This document shows positions 47,915 through 61,188 of a stretch of 64,000 nucleotides of DNA, one piece after another; position 1 is the stretch's first letter; every line of letters begins with the position of its first letter. The notes below the pieces were generated by a model that was not told the DNA's origin, did not search any database, and saw nothing but the letters and a program-made list of their open reading frames with translations. The stretch is from Cladosporium halotolerans (lineage: Eukaryota): the NCBI RefSeq assembly GCF_011745625.1, contig NW_027191460.1:372001-436000 (forward strand), in the 5' to 3' direction. The translations under genes and the position numbers were made by a program.

Positions 47915-50900
47915 TTAGTAACGTAGCTTGCCGACCAAGCCAAAAGTGTACGCCGTCTCGCGTTCCTAGAAGAAGCGTATTAGCAGGAGCTCTCACAGGC
48001 AGGGGGGATGTCACGAGAATACTCACCGACTTCATCTGCACCATATACACCTTCGCCCTCGCACTGTTCACACCACCCACAGCAGCAGCCTGGCCCACCT
48101 CGCCATTCGGGCCGACGTTATCCTCCCAAATCGAGACGGCAATGCCCGTCCTCGCGACCCTCTCGAAGCAGCTCTCGCCCAGCGTCGCATCGATCAGCGT
48201 CTCGCCCTTCGTCTTGCCGTTGACGATAATCCGCTTCTCCAGCCCCGTCATCCGCGGGTCCGCCGGCGCCTCCGGGTCCGGGCGCGGCGGGATCACGATC
48301 GTCATGCGCGCGGATCCCATGTCGCGCCACTTGGAGGCCGTCTCGCGCAGGTACAGGCGGATCTTCATGTTGGTGAGGCCGAGCGGCGTGCCTAGGCGGG
48401 GGTCGATGGCCATGGGAGTCGCGGCGCCGGAGGACAGCGAGTCAGAGTAGGTGCTACGCGTGCCGCCGCCCTCGCGCGAGGTGATGGTGCTCTTGGCGAT
48501 GTTGAAGAGGCGGTTGCCGCTGCCGCTGAAGCGGCGCAGGGCGGAGAAGGCGCTGTTCATCGTGCCGATGGAGGACTCGGTGCCGGCGGTGGACATGCGT
48601 CTGCTGCCCTTCGAGCGGTAGGTGCTGCCCTTCCTGGATCCGAGGTTCCACCAGCTGGGGCTTGTGCGGGCTTGGTTGCGGCGGTCCATGGCTTCGCCCC
48701 AGTTGCTTTGCTGCATGGGGCCACGTGCGTTCTGGAGAGCGATGTAGGTTGGGTTGTTGATGCGAGCGCGGTTGATCAAGAAGTATAGCTGCTCGCACTC
48801 ATCGCCATTTCGAGAGCGGAACATGACGTTGGCGCCCGGCTTATACAGTGAGTTGGCAGTGGGCGGCGAACGGATAGAGATGTCGAGTGCAGTACCACGG
48901 CGGAGCGGGACCAGAGGCGTGAGCTCAAGGGCGATGAGTGGCTTGACGCCTCGAGTAGACGGGCTCTTGTCTGGATCACCTGGTGCAGCTTGGGCTTGTG
49001 CAAGATCGAAGGCTTCAATAAGACCAGGTGTAACAACAACACAGCACTCATCAGGGTGCATGCTGTCCCACAACCCGCTGTCAACCCACGCGAAAATGGA
49101 CGCAACAGTAGTGGTGGCCTTGTCGTCGTACTCCGGCACAGTCCGATAAGGCGCTTGGGAAGCGGACTGCGACGGCGCCAAAGAGGGATCCGAAGGCGAA
49201 TATTGAGTATCCGGCGGGGATGGCTGGTTCATGGGCTTGTACCCGCCAAGATTCGGGAAAGTCTTGAGCTCGCCGACGGTAGACACCTGCTCGTCGATCT
49301 GGTCATGGTCCGCCGACGACTCCGACGTAACCGACTCTTCGTCTCCAGAGATCGAGTAATCGCTCTCGTCCGAGTACGACTCGCTTGTCGTAGATGGCTC
49401 GTACTCGTGTTTGAGCGGGGAAGAGGAGCGGCGAGCCTTCTTGAGGAAATTGGGCGTGAGGGAAGGCAGGATGCTGGATTTGAAGTTCGGCCGGTCTTGT
49501 TCGCGCGATCTCTCGTGGTTTTTGGGAGGCGTCTTCTTCTGCAGTTTTGCGGGTGCAGAAACCGGTTCATCTTCCGGAATCATGGACGCCGCGGGAGTTG
49601 ACTCTGTACGGCGGTGCGATGGGCGTCTCCTGGGCGTCTGCAGGGGCTGCGAATCCATCCTACGGTCTGTTGCGGTTGCAGGACGAGTGCGGTTGATTGT
49701 AGGCAGATCCAATGAAGGAACAGAAGAGGTCTGGCGGTGCAAAGCTGGTCGTCGCGAGCGAGGTTCGTATTCGTCGTCCGAGCCGCTCTCATCATCGGAG
49801 TTCGCTTGAGATGAGGGCAACCAGACAGAATAATCCTTCTTAGGCGTAGTGTATCCTGAGCTAGTGGTGTAGTCGGTCGTTGAGCGTGAAAGTATGCTCG
49901 GTGTGAAATCAGTCGTGGAGCGCGTGTAGCTGGTCTTCGGTCGTTCGTCGATGGAAGCAGTGTACATCGAGGTCGGTCTCGGCCTGTTGTCTTTCCGTTC
50001 CCAAGCGTACATTTCATCCTCTTCTCTAGTCTCCCTGGGAGGAGGAGACATGGGAGATGTCCGGTGCCGATGCGCCTTGGCCCTACGCAGCGGCGTGTTG
50101 ACAGGCTCGTCGTCTCCCATGACGCTGTTGATATCGCTACCATCCCAGATCGGAGCGGAAGACTTCGCACGCTCGCCAATCGGCACCTCCACGTCCTTCG
50201 CTTCAGGCTCAGGAGTAGGAGGGGCTGCCGGCAAAGCTCCAGACATGGTTGCAGTCTTCAGCATGTCGAAGCTGGACTTCTTGACCAAGCTCGGAGGCAC
50301 AGGAGACCCGGGCAACATGTCCAACCATTCATCCATTGTGTCAAGGTCCTCCGTCCGCAAAGACATGAGCTCGCTCCACTCCCTCCCACGAGCCTGATAT
50401 CCGCGCACCATGAGAACCAGCTCGCCGTCCTGCTTACCGGTTCGAACCGAAACCATGCTTGTCAAGACAGGCGGGAACAGCAGCCAGCGACCGGTGGTAG
50501 ACACTTCACAGAACAGCAGATCCGTCGCGCTGCCTCGCTTTGGCGCGTCGTCGCGAATGATGATTTCGATCTTGCAAGTCAGCTGCTGCCCGCTCGAGTG
50601 CCTCAGATCCATGTCGAAGTAGTCGCGGGCTCGCACGCATCTCGTCGGGTCGATGCGCACACCACTTAGCGGCGCCAGGCTGCGGAGATCTCGGGAGCGG
50701 GTTGGATCAATTGCTGCAGCCGACTCATCCTCTAGGCGTGCTCTTTCGTCGTTGGACCGGTTCCTAGCTTCTTGCACAAGACCCTGGTATCTTGTCGCCA
50801 TCTCTTGCGCGAGAGGCGATGGCTTAATAAGGTTGATGAACTTGAGGCTTCTGGCGAGATACTTCAGCCGGACCAGGGGTCTCTTGAGCAGGTAAGCCAC

Positions 50901-53096
50901 TTCAACACGCTCGCCGTCGCCTTGTCCTTCGCCCTTGGCCTTCGCGTCAGAACCCTTCTCTGCTCCTTCGGCAGGCGCGAGAGTCACCACGATATCCCCG
51001 AAGCCGAGTCGCCATGCTGACAGGTAGTCGTCGTAAATTTTCGCTGTACGCTGCGCCCAATTCACGAGATCTTGAGGGCTGTGCATGGGAATGCGTTTGT
51101 GCGATGTTTTCAACCTCTCGAGAGCGACGCCCATGTTGACGATTGGCTGTGTGACGGTCGGCTCATCTTTAGTCAGGCCGGTCGAAGTGTGGATTCTACC
51201 CGAGGCATCCTTTTGCGAGAGCACGCTTTGCAGCAGAACAGGGATGACGCCGTCAACGAGAGTCCGGAGTTCGCGTTGGTATTTCAATTCATCGGTGGTG
51301 ACTTCGCTCATCACGTCCGCCACATTCGCGGCGCCAGACCGGACTCGTTGCGTTCGGATGCTCCGCGCGGAGGTTATGCCTTTGTTTTCCGTGACCGGCA
51401 TGGAGAGGACAGAGATGAGGTCTGAGTGCTTTGTCAAGCCGCGTCTTTCCGATTGCTTGCGTCGGGGCCCATTGTCTTCGGCAGCCGTGCCGCGCATCTC
51501 TGATTGTGTGAGGGTGTCCATCGAGCCTACTTCTGAGATCGCATGGCCGCCTCTGGATCGTTGTCGCGAGGGACTGTCGTCTTCGTAAGTGACTGTAACA
51601 AAGTCCTGTGGTGAAGAATGATGGCGACCCCGGTCCTTCACTGGAGAGTGTGCGTTCCTACGAGCACCTCTGCGCTTTAGAGTCGGTGTCGATGCGCCCG
51701 AAGCCTCAGACTCATCTCCGACGGATCTTGGACTAGCACTTCTGGAGTCTACCCTTTCTGTGTGGATGCGGTCCAAACTCGGCTTAGATCTCTGTTTGTG
51801 ATCGGAGCGTTTCATAGGTTCGTCGTCCTTTCGAGGCGTTTTTCGAGGGGCCAGAGGCTGTGGTGTCAGAGCAGGCTCACTGAACGGATCCGAGGTAGAG
51901 GCAAGCCAGCCTTCGATGCGAGTGCCGAAAACTTTGGGGACATTAGGAACAATGAGCGGGGTCGGTTTGGGCTCGGTCTTGGGAGATGGGCGTTTGCGTT
52001 CCTCCGGCGTCTTCGCCCTCTGATGTGAAGAGCGTTTGGCATTGTCATCCGCGCGAAGTGATTTGCTCGAAGTCTTCTCCCGTGGCTCGGTTGCAGATTT
52101 CTTGATAGGCTCTTTCGAAGGTGGTGTGCTCGGAGTTGTGATGTCTGTTGAAGCGCTTTTGTGATCGAGCGAAACAAGGCTGCTACCCTCGGATATTGAC
52201 TTCTTTGGGTCGTCGCTGGTAGTCTTAGATCGAGGGCGTCGCTTGATGTAAACTTTGGTGCCACTGGTCTCATAATCCGGTGTTCCTTCTCTGTCGTCCC
52301 TCGATCTAGGCCTTGCATGTCCTTGTGAACTGATAGGTCGTCTGCGTACATGTTCCGGTTCAGGGTCGTCGTAAAAGTCGTGAACAGAGGGAGGCACTTT
52401 CAATCCAACATTGACCACACTTCGTCGGATAGTGATCGGTTTGGGTGGAGAGTCCTTCTCTGGCGTTGGCATCGAACTTTGGGGTTTCGAGGCAGATCGA
52501 TCTCTTCTCCAGTGTCCATCGCTGACCACGCGCTTCTTCGGTGTCGTTGCTGCCTTGATATCTGCATCAACCTCATGCTCTTGCGGAATTGTCTCAACCT
52601 GTGGTTTACTCCGTCTCCGTATCCAGGCCTTCCGCTCCAGATCTATGTCCTTCGATGTCTTTCGGGCATGCGCTGCTTTGGCGGCCGGCGTGGGCGATTT
52701 TGAAGGTAGAGGCACCACCATGATTTCTCCGTCCGCCTTCATCTCGGCGGTCGCATCCTCGTCGTCCTCCTCGTCAACCACTACCACTTCATCCACCGGC
52801 TCAGCAGCCTTTTTCACAGCCTTCTCTTCCTTCCCCGAGGCGCTCTTGTTTTGTTGTTCCGGCGCCACACCCCCACCAGCTTGGTTCCAGCCGAGGATCT
52901 TGTCCCTGAATTCTTGACTCTTGGATCGCGCCAACTTCTGCGCTAAGTCGCCGCTCTTCGCCGTCGCCTTCTTCGCGGCCATGGGGTTGTTGTCGGCATT
53001 GGGCGAGGGCATTGGCACCTGTGATCCCGGCCGTTGGCCCCAGTCAGCAAGCCTGGACAAAGCATCCTGCGCCCCGGGCGACGTGACATCAAACAT
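47915..53096 (-). CDS. Large fungal protein: disordered S/R/P-rich regions plus DH-like and PH-like domains
   Basis: About 1700-aa ORF. EVTTDELKYQRELRTLVDGVIP and YLLKRPLVRLKY resemble Dbl-homology conserved regions; WRDMGSARM is PH/RanBD-like. Intron 47966-48026 gives last exon ERETAYTFGLVGKLRY* (TAA 47915-47917). Confidence 0.75.
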
Positions 53097-54140
53097 GGCC
53101 AACGCGGGCCCGCCACGCGTCTCACTTGGGATGATGGCATTGTCGCAGTTGGCACACGAGATGGCTGGAGCGGCCCAGTTTTCGCGATGCGCTAGGAAAA
53201 GCTTCTACGTACCTGTGCCGACAGCTTCACGGCGAGGGTCCTGGCGAGGGCTGGCGCGGCCGGAGTGAAGACCGCGAGCTGGTCTTGCAGGTCGCTGAGC
53301 AGCTGTGCCTGGTGTCATACAGAGCCGGAGAGTCGCAGACCGCAGGCATCGCTACCGCTGCATGAGCACGGTCGCAGTCGGAGTCGTTGGGCGCTGCGGA
53401 GGCGATACCGGGCGGTTGCTATGGGCGCAGGGAAGGCTGACGCCTGACGGTGCACGGGGCAGGGTGGGTGTCTGAGGCGGGCGGGCGGGCGGTCGAGGGT
53501 CGAGGTCGAGGGTGGAGGAGGATGGTAGTGGTGATCGCGGACGTGCGTCTCGCCAGGTTCGAGTCAACGGGCGGGCGGGCGAACAATGGAATTGTTCGAC
53601 GGTGGTCAGCGTCGGCGTTCGGGAACAGCAGCTTGACGACGCCCGGGCGGAGCATCACAGGCTCAAGCAAAAGCAAGCGGGCGGCGCCTCTTGGTGTAAA
53701 CAATCGGGCCAGCTGCACGACAACCAGGCGCGCTAATCTCAACTGCCGATCCACTCTATCGCCTGCGCTGGCGGCGATCTGCAGCACTTCCACCAAGGGC
53801 ACCACCGTGCGCTCGCCTCCCCTACAATAATACCTTACACATCCTCCCACGCGGTGTGCCAGCGAGACACCATGTGTGCGTCGTGCCACCCTCGCGCGCA
53901 TCTGCTTCCATCGAGCTTCTGGCGCCGACCGCGATCTGCAGGCATGGCACGCTTGGTACTGTGAGAAATGCATACACGAGCGCTGCAGCTGACACTCCGC
54001 ACCCGATGTCCGACACTGACGCCTTGCGTCTGGAGTGCAGCAGGAAATCCTGTTTATTCCAATAACAATTCAAGATACTTTCGTCCGTCCCTGGCTCACC
54101 GCCTCAACAGGCCCAGCGCACGCACGCCGTCGCCAAACGA

Positions 54141-55861
54141 TCAAGCACACGCACTGTAGTCTTCCAGCCCGGTGTCCGGCACTCGTGCTTCGGGTAAGCA
54201 CAGAGCGACATCTTCGCCCTGCAAGCGAGTGAACACCCTCTCGTGCTCGCGCTGCAGCGGTACGTGTCAGCAGAGGCAGCCTGCGACTCCCTTGGCATTG
54301 AGATCCGACTCACCTTGGTCACTTTGATGAACTCGCGATAGATGCCATCCTTCATCATCTTGCGCTTGACCAGGTCTGACACGCCGCCGAGGAGCGCGGC
54401 GACGGTTGTCACTTTGCTGTCCCAGCTGACAAAACTCGACACGGCGGTGCCGTCTACTCTCTCGCTCTCCGTGCTCCCGTAAGGGTTCTGCATCTTTTTG
54501 CCGAGGACCATGTTCCTGGCGGCGATCAGTCCTGGCTGACTCAGCCTGTGATGACAACGAAGGACGACTTACCACCACCAGGCAAGACCAACGGCTCGGC
54601 CTCTCTTACCTTCGACGAGCACAGTCGGGAAGACGCTGTATGGCGTTATGACATCGAGCTCCTGCTCAGGCTGGAAAGATATACTCGGCACGCCAGCGTT
54701 CGAGATATAGCCAATGATCTCGCCACTGGAGTCCGTCACATTGTTGACCGAAGCATACATGCCGGGTATGCCCAGAGCCTTCGAGTTGCATGTCCGGACT
54801 CGCTCCGCGTTGGTGAAGATCCGCTTGACGATCGGCACGTCAAAATACGGCATCTCAAGAATCTTCCACTGCTCGTGCGAGGAGAACCAAAACCCCTTCT
54901 GCACTGTGATCGGTCCGACGCCATTCTCCTCATACTCGACACTCACCAGCTTCTCCCGCTTCCGAGTCCACAGCGCCTCCTTCTCCTTCTCCTCCAACCC
55001 GCCAAAGAAATACAGCCACCACGTCATCAACTCCCCCTCGTACGGATCATCCAACAACCCCGTCCCCTCACACTCATACCTCTGCCCCTCCGCATCCGGC
55101 GCCAGCCCTTGATCCAACGTCGCAACCGCACACACACCCCCCAACCCACCCCGATAAAACACCCTCGCCGCATTCCCCTTCGCATAATCCAACCAACCCT
55201 GCCAACCCCCCGCCAACTCCTCCTCCCCCCTCCTCTGCAACGCCTCCACAGCCCCATAAACAGCCCACAGCAACTCCCCATTGTCCAGCCCCGGCACGCG
55301 CCCCACCCAGTCCCCCGTCGGCTCCACCGCCTCAAACGTATTATTAAACCACGGCAGGAACCCCCCGAAGCCAGGAAACGTCGCGTTGAACTTCAGGTAG
55401 CTCTCCAGCTTGGCCCTCAGCAGCTCCTCCGCGACTTTGCCCGCTTCGCCCGGCGGCGCGTCGGGCGCCACGAACTGCGCCGCGTCCGCGGACCCCGCGA
55501 CCGCGCGCGCGAGCACCATCACGTGCAGGGCTTCTTTGCTCGCGGCGCTGAAGTTGTGGCGCCCGGCGCCGGAGGGGGCCGCGAGGCCCGTGAGAGGGTC
55601 GAGCAGGGTGCCGTCATAGGTGAGGCCGTTGGCGGCGTTGTAGCCGATGCCGGGCTGCGCGAAGCGTGCTTCCCAGTGCAGGAGAGCGTTGGTGAGGGTT
55701 TGGGGGTTGGCGAGGATGGAGGATTGGGTGTGGAGGGGGGCGAAGCGGCAGGGGGGTTTTGGTTGGGGTGGTGGTGGGGGTGCTGCTGCTGCTGATGATG
55801 ATGTGGTGGTTGCGAGGAGGGTGGGGAGGAGGAGGAGGAGGGTGGTGGGGAAGGGGGGCAT
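54141..55861 (-). CDS. Secreted endo-beta-1,2-glucanase-like protein (GH162-like)
   Basis: Signal peptide MPPFPTTLLLLLPTLLA; motifs HNFSAASKE, FPGFGGFLPWF, PGLDNGEL, DDPYEGEL, WFSSHEQWK, PYGSTES, VSWDSK. Introns 54516-54572 and 54252-54313; stop 54141-54143. Confidence 0.72.
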
Positions 55862-57150
55862 GGTTGGGGTTGTGTTTTGATGCAGGTAGGCGGATTTCGG
55901 GGGGATCTTTGATTTTTTTGTATCTCGTGGAATCACGACCGGGCTACATGCAGGACTACGTGGCGAAGTGCTCTTGTTTTATAAATGCCTTGGAGTCAAG
56001 GCAGCGAATCCATAGATTATGCTTCACCACTGCGGGGTTTGGCTCGCGGGTTGGCACCGAGGTTCGGGGAAATGATGATCGCAATGCAGATCCAAAGTGT
56101 TTGATGGTATGATAGCCGTAGCCTCTCCAGTATGAAGCCAGATGGAGGACACTGTAGTATATGATCCCAGCTCAATTCGCGTGCGGGTCACAGAGAGTCA
56201 TCGTCCGCGCTCATGATATTGGTGTCTCGATGAAGCGTTAATGAGGGTTGGGCAGAGTTTGAAGCAAGGCCAATATCCTCGTAGTAATCGTGTCTCATTC
56301 GATTAAATGATTCGGTAAGACAATGCGAATGCCGTCCAGGTTCATTGATTCTTAGAATATCTCTCCGTCCGTAGCCTGCTGAAAGTCATGGGCTTCCACC
56401 GAGTCTGAGCTGCTATCGGCCCTGCCCACAGGGGCAGCGTTCCGAACCCGACGTGGATACCCAAAAACACTTAGGTCGGAGCAAATTGCCTGGAAATTTC
56501 GTATGTCTCCCAGCGGGGGCTATGTAGATCAATACATCATACCTAGAGCATCTACACTGGTGATGGCTCTGAGTTTGGGGTTACGAGGGTTAGGGTTGGG
56601 GTAACGCTGGGGGCGCAACTTCGCCTCAAAAGCCAGGAACGAGACGAGACATTCATGGGAACTGACACTGCTGCTACGCGTCAATGTCAACCATTTGCTT
56701 GCGCTGAAGAATGGGACAGAAGGTGTTTAAGGTGAAGAAGTCATGACATCAAGTTACAATTCATTTCGAAGGCAGCTATGAAGCAGCCCAAGTATACACA
56801 TACACGAGACAAATCACAATGAGACTCACGAGGAACAACAGAATTTTTTTGTGAAGTTTTTGTGTCTCTGTCTCTGTCTCTTTATCATGATTCCATCGCC
56901 AATTGGCGGCGCGTGCTGTGGCTAATTATGTCTCAAGGAATGTATGCCATCACTCGAACAAGCTGCGTCGAGGCCCCCATCCACCCAGTTTTCCGTTCCC
57001 ATTCTATGTATTTGACCACCCTGTCTCGTGTGTGACGGATGGTAAGGAGAGTCATCGTGCTGCCCGGAAAGATGCACGATGGTGATTAAACTCCGTCACT
57101 TTTGTTGTTGCTGTTGTTGCTGTCGGGCGGAATCGCGAGGTGCGCGTTGT

Positions 57151-59634
57151 CTAGTTGTAGCTGGGAGGGCTGGAGGCGGAGGCGTCCTTGTCCTCGTCCT
57201 CGCAGTCGTCGGAGTCGGGCGAGGAGGCGTCGGCCTCGGTCGAGGTGCTCGCAGTGCCGTAGGACGACGGAGCGTTGCTGCCAGAAGAAGCGTCCGCGGT
57301 GGAAGAGGGGCTGGGGGCGGAGCTGGAGGAGTCAGAGTCGCTCCCGCTCGAGTAGCTGGAGGGAGCGTTGCTGCCAGAGGAAGCGTCCGCGGTGGAGGAC
57401 GGGCTGGGGGCGGAGCTGGAGTCGCTGCCAGAGTTGCCGCTCGAGTAGCTGGGGGGAGAGCTGCTGTTGTCGGGAGTGGAGGTCGAGGACGGGCTGGACT
57501 TGTCGCCGGAGGAAGCGTCAGCGGTGGAGGAAGGGCTGGAGGAAGAGGTGGACGAAGGCTTGGAGTCGTAGCTGCCACCAGCGCTGCCCTTTGCAGAGCC
57601 AGAACCGCTGGCCGAGCCCGAGCCCGAGCCAGATGCACCAGCCTCACCAGAGCCCTCGACGGAGCCAGAGCCAGAACCGCCAATGGAGCCTGAAGCCGAA
57701 CCGCTGGCATCACCGCCAACAGAGCCAGAGCCGGACGCCGAGCCGCTCGCATCGCCACCAACGGAGCCCGAGCCCGAGCCAGAAGCAGATCCAGAACCGC
57801 CAACCGAGCCAGATGCAGATCCGCTGGCACCGGCATCACCAGAAGCGTCAGCATCGCCGCCAGCGCTCACGCCGTCAACGAGAACGCCCTCAACCTTGCC
57901 CTGGTCCTTCTTGCCGAGAGAGCCGTAGAAGTCAGCGAGCGCGTCGCCGGAAAGCTTGCCGCCGGCGGCGCCCTTGAGCGCAGCCTCAAGCTCGCCCTGA
58001 CCCTTGCCAGAGAGTTCGCCGTTCAGCTTGTTGGCGGCATCAGCAGAAAGACCGGCGGAGAAGTCAATGCCAGCGCCAGCGGAGCCGCTCGCGGAGCCCT
58101 TCGCGCTGCCACCCGCCGAACCGCTCGCCGAACCGCTCGCGGAGCCGCTCGCACTGCCACCGAGGCCGAAACCGAGGTCAGCGGAGCCCTTCGCGTTGGC
58201 GCCGCTGGAGAGGTAGCCCTCGAGAGCGGTCTTGTCCTTGCCGGAGAGCTTGCCCTCGAGGTCAGCGAGGAAATCGGCCGAGCCGCTGCCCTTGATGCTG
58301 CCCTTGGCGCAGCCCTCGAGGAAAGCGCCGAGCTCGACCTTGCCCTTGCCGGAAAGCTTGCCGGCGAGGCCAGCGATGATGTCGAGGACACCCTTGGCGC
58401 CACCGCTGACGTCGACGTCGACGGAGCCGCCAGCCTTGAGAGACGCAGCGGCGTCGAGAACGGCACCGGCGAGGGCGTCGACCTCGACACCAGCAGCGGC
58501 AGAGCCCTTGCCGGAGAGGCCACCAAGGATCTCACCGAAAGCACCGGCCTTCGCGCCGATCGAGCCGGAAACGGAGCCGCTCGCGCCAGCGCTGCCCTTC
58601 AGGGCACCAGAGAGGACAGCCTGGTCGTCGGCGGAAAGGCCAGCGGCGAAGCTGATGAGAGCTGAGCCAGAAAGGGAGCCGCTGGCGGAGGCATCAAGGG
58701 CAGCGTCGAGAGCAGCCTGGCCCTTGGCGGAGAGCTTGCCAGAGATCTGACCTGCGACATCCGCAGAGAGAGAGGCGCTGGCGTCGATGCCGAGCTTGGC
58801 AGCGACACCAGCGTCAGCGCCAACGCCGCCAGAAACGGAGGCACCAGCGTTGAGCGCAGCGCCGATGATCTTCTTGTCCTTACCGGAGCAAGAAGCGTAG
58901 AAGTCGATGAGGGCCTCGCCGGAAAGAGAGCCGTCGGCGGAGGCCTCGAGGGCGGCCTTGAGAGCAGCCTGACCCTTAGCGGAGAGCTTGCCCTCGAGCT
59001 TGCCAGCCGCCTCAGCGCTGAGAGAAGCGTTGGCGCCGAGTCCAAGGCTGCCGTTGGCGCCAGCCTTCGCAGCGCCGTCAGCGTCAACGCTGCCGTTGGC
59101 CGCACCGTAGGCGTCCACAACGCCGTCGAGAGCGCCCTTGTCCTTGTGGCTGAGCTGGCCCTTGAGCTCGCCGATGAGCTTGCCGACACCGCCGGCCTTC
59201 AGGTCAGCAGTGACGTCGCCCTTGCCGTTCAGGCAAGACTCAAGAGCAGCCTGACCCTTGGCAGAGAGCTTGCCGAAGAGGTCAGTGATGAAGCCACCAG
59301 CAGCGCCTGCCTTGGCACCGAGAGCCGCACCAGCATCTCCAGACGCGCCGGCAGAGCCAGAAACGCCAGCCGAGCCGCCAATTCCAGCAGAACCGCTCGC
59401 GCCGGCATCACCGTGAACACCGGCGCTGCCGTGGCCACCGAGACCGAGGCCAGCGAGAAGGCTTCCAAGACCGCTGACATGTCCAGAAGCGGAACCACCA
59501 GCGGATCCGTGACCACCCAGACCAAGGAGGCCGAAAGTACGGCGCTCCAGACCGTTGCCGCCAGCAGCATGGTAGGTCGGGGCAGCAGAGGCGAGAGCCG
59601 CGAGGGCAGTGATGGTGTAGGCGTATCTGACCAT
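57151..59634 (-). CDS. Secreted Gly/Ser/Ala-rich repeat protein (probable cell wall or surface protein)
   Basis: 827-aa intronless ORF; signal peptide [17 protein letters not shown]; Kex2-like ERR; strong C/G third-position bias; TATA-like GTATATAA near 59826-59833 on the minus strand. Confidence 0.85.
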   Translation of the reverse strand: MVRYAYTITALAALASAAPTYHAAGGNGLERRTFGLLGLGGHGSAGGSASGHVSGLGSLLAGLGLGGHGSAGVHGDAGASGSAGIGGSAGVSGSAGASGDAGAALGAKAGAAGGFITDLFGKLSAKGQAALESCLNGKGDVTADLKAGGVGKLIGELKGQLSHKDKGALDGVVDAYGAANGSVDADGAAKAGANGSLGLGANASLSAEAAGKLEGKLSAKGQAALKAALEASADGSLSGEALIDFYASCSGKDKKIIGAALNAGASVSGGVGADAGVAAKLGIDASASLSADVAGQISGKLSAKGQAALDAALDASASGSLSGSALISFAAGLSADDQAVLSGALKGSAGASGSVSGSIGAKAGAFGEILGGLSGKGSAAAGVEVDALAGAVLDAAASLKAGGSVDVDVSGGAKGVLDIIAGLAGKLSGKGKVELGAFLEGCAKGSIKGSGSADFLADLEGKLSGKDKTALEGYLSSGANAKGSADLGFGLGGSASGSASGSASGSAGGSAKGSASGSAGAGIDFSAGLSADAANKLNGELSGKGQGELEAALKGAAGGKLSGDALADFYGSLGKKDQGKVEGVLVDGVSAGGDADASGDAGASGSASGSVGGSGSASGSGSGSVGGDASGSASGSGSVGGDASGSASGSIGGSGSGSVEGSGEAGASGSGSGSASGSGSAKGSAGGSYDSKPSSTSSSSPSSTADASSGDKSSPSSTSTPDNSSSPPSYSSGNSGSDSSSAPSPSSTADASSGSNAPSSYSSGSDSDSSSSAPSPSSTADASSGSNAPSSYGTASTSTEADASSPDSDDCEDEDKDASASSPPSYN

Positions 59635-61188
59635 TTTGATTGATAAGTGGTTGTTAGAAATTAACGAAAAAGATTAAGTGTGTGTTTTGTTGGATTTGTT
59701 GTAAACGAGAGTGTGTCTTGCAAAGACAGCGAAGGAAATTGTTCAAAGAGATGTGTGCGTGATAAAGAGACGAGACGAGATGAGATGGAATGATCAGCAG
59801 CAAATACCGGGGAGAAGAAGTCACCTTATATACATGCTCGTGAGCATTTGTTGGGTGCATTGCAGCATTGACCTACGGATCGAAAGGGTGCGAGACGAGT
59901 CGTGCGAGGAATCCCTAGGCGTAAGCGATGCGCTTCTACCAAAAAGACGTTGGATTGTGAGACGACAGTTGTAGGAGATGACTAGTGGCCATGAGTCGCG
60001 ATGCAATGGAGGCTCAACACGGCCTCGGTACGCTCGGGTCGGCAGGGCTTGCGGGCTGTTTGAACTCGTGCAGGCGCAGCCTAGAGTCCTTGCGTCGAAG
60101 AGCGAGACACCATGTCATTGCCGTCAATCATGCCTAGTATGACCGAAGTGAAGACTTTGGCAAAGTGCAGATGATGTGCTGAGTGTCAAAAGGCTAGCGT
60201 GGTGATGGCATGCAGATCTGGAGTAGTCAGGTTCCGTCAGGTTTCGGGGACGACGATCTCTTCGCCGCGCACAGACAACACGGCCCAGGTGAAGACCAGA
60301 ATAGGTGGAGTTAGCCCATCGTGGACAGCCGTCACTGTTTAGCACGTTTCATACGGCCCAACTTTTCGGTGGCGCAGACAATAGCCTGTGCATAACTCCA
60401 AGTCCATGCTCAGATCACAAAAGGGGGTTCCAAAACAGTACCTTCGCCGTGCGGGCGCGGGAAGCACGGCAATAGGGCAAGGCGGCCTCCCGTCCATGCG
60501 ATTCACGTCTCGAAGACGGACTGCCGACGGCGTCATCCCCGTCCACAGCGTTGAATGCAAGTATGGGCCTGGATGCAAATGCTCAGACGACCAGCGAGTG
60601 CAACAGTGGTCGTCCGGAGATCCCCGGAAGCGAGACGGTGCGGCCAGCATATGCTTGGAATTCCGTGACATCAGAGTGTCTCTTCCAAGGCAAGAAGAGC
60701 CGGAGAGGGAGAGGAACAGGCCATCGACGTTCACTTGAGGGGGGCTCGGTGTGAGATGGAAGTCCTTCTATCTGCTAGGAGGTGTTGCGCGTCTGCGCGT
60801 GCAGCCAGGGGCGCGACTCAGGCAGTTGCGCACACTGCTGGTTCCTGAGTCTGCGATCTTTGACGCATGGCAAAGTCAATTAACAGAGGATGCCAGTCAT
60901 GGCGGCATGCATGAGCACGCGTGCAGGCGGAGACAAACGCGAGAACGATATTATTATTGTCGAGGCGGTGGTGTTCAGCACGCTGCAGAAGGCGTTCGCC
61001 GGCTCCCACTTGACCCCGCTTCGCCATCCTGCCGGCCTTTGGTCCACCTGTCACCTTCGCTGGGCCGAGCCGGGAGATGTGTGCATTTCTCCGTCCAGCC
61101 TGAAGTCAGTGACGAGAAGTGTATTATATTTCATGGGCAGCATCTTCGTCATACCTGTTCTGTCGTGATGACCAAAAAGAAGCCAACC

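Noticed and set aside
53550..53575. GGTTCGAGTC tRNA T-loop-like motif
   Set aside because: No cloverleaf or A-box around it.
54548..55795. Long antisense or alternate-frame ORFs (also 5788-6639, 31496-32374, 57102-57977, 62282-63307)
   Set aside because: Shadows of GC-rich, codon-biased genes with no recognisable motifs.
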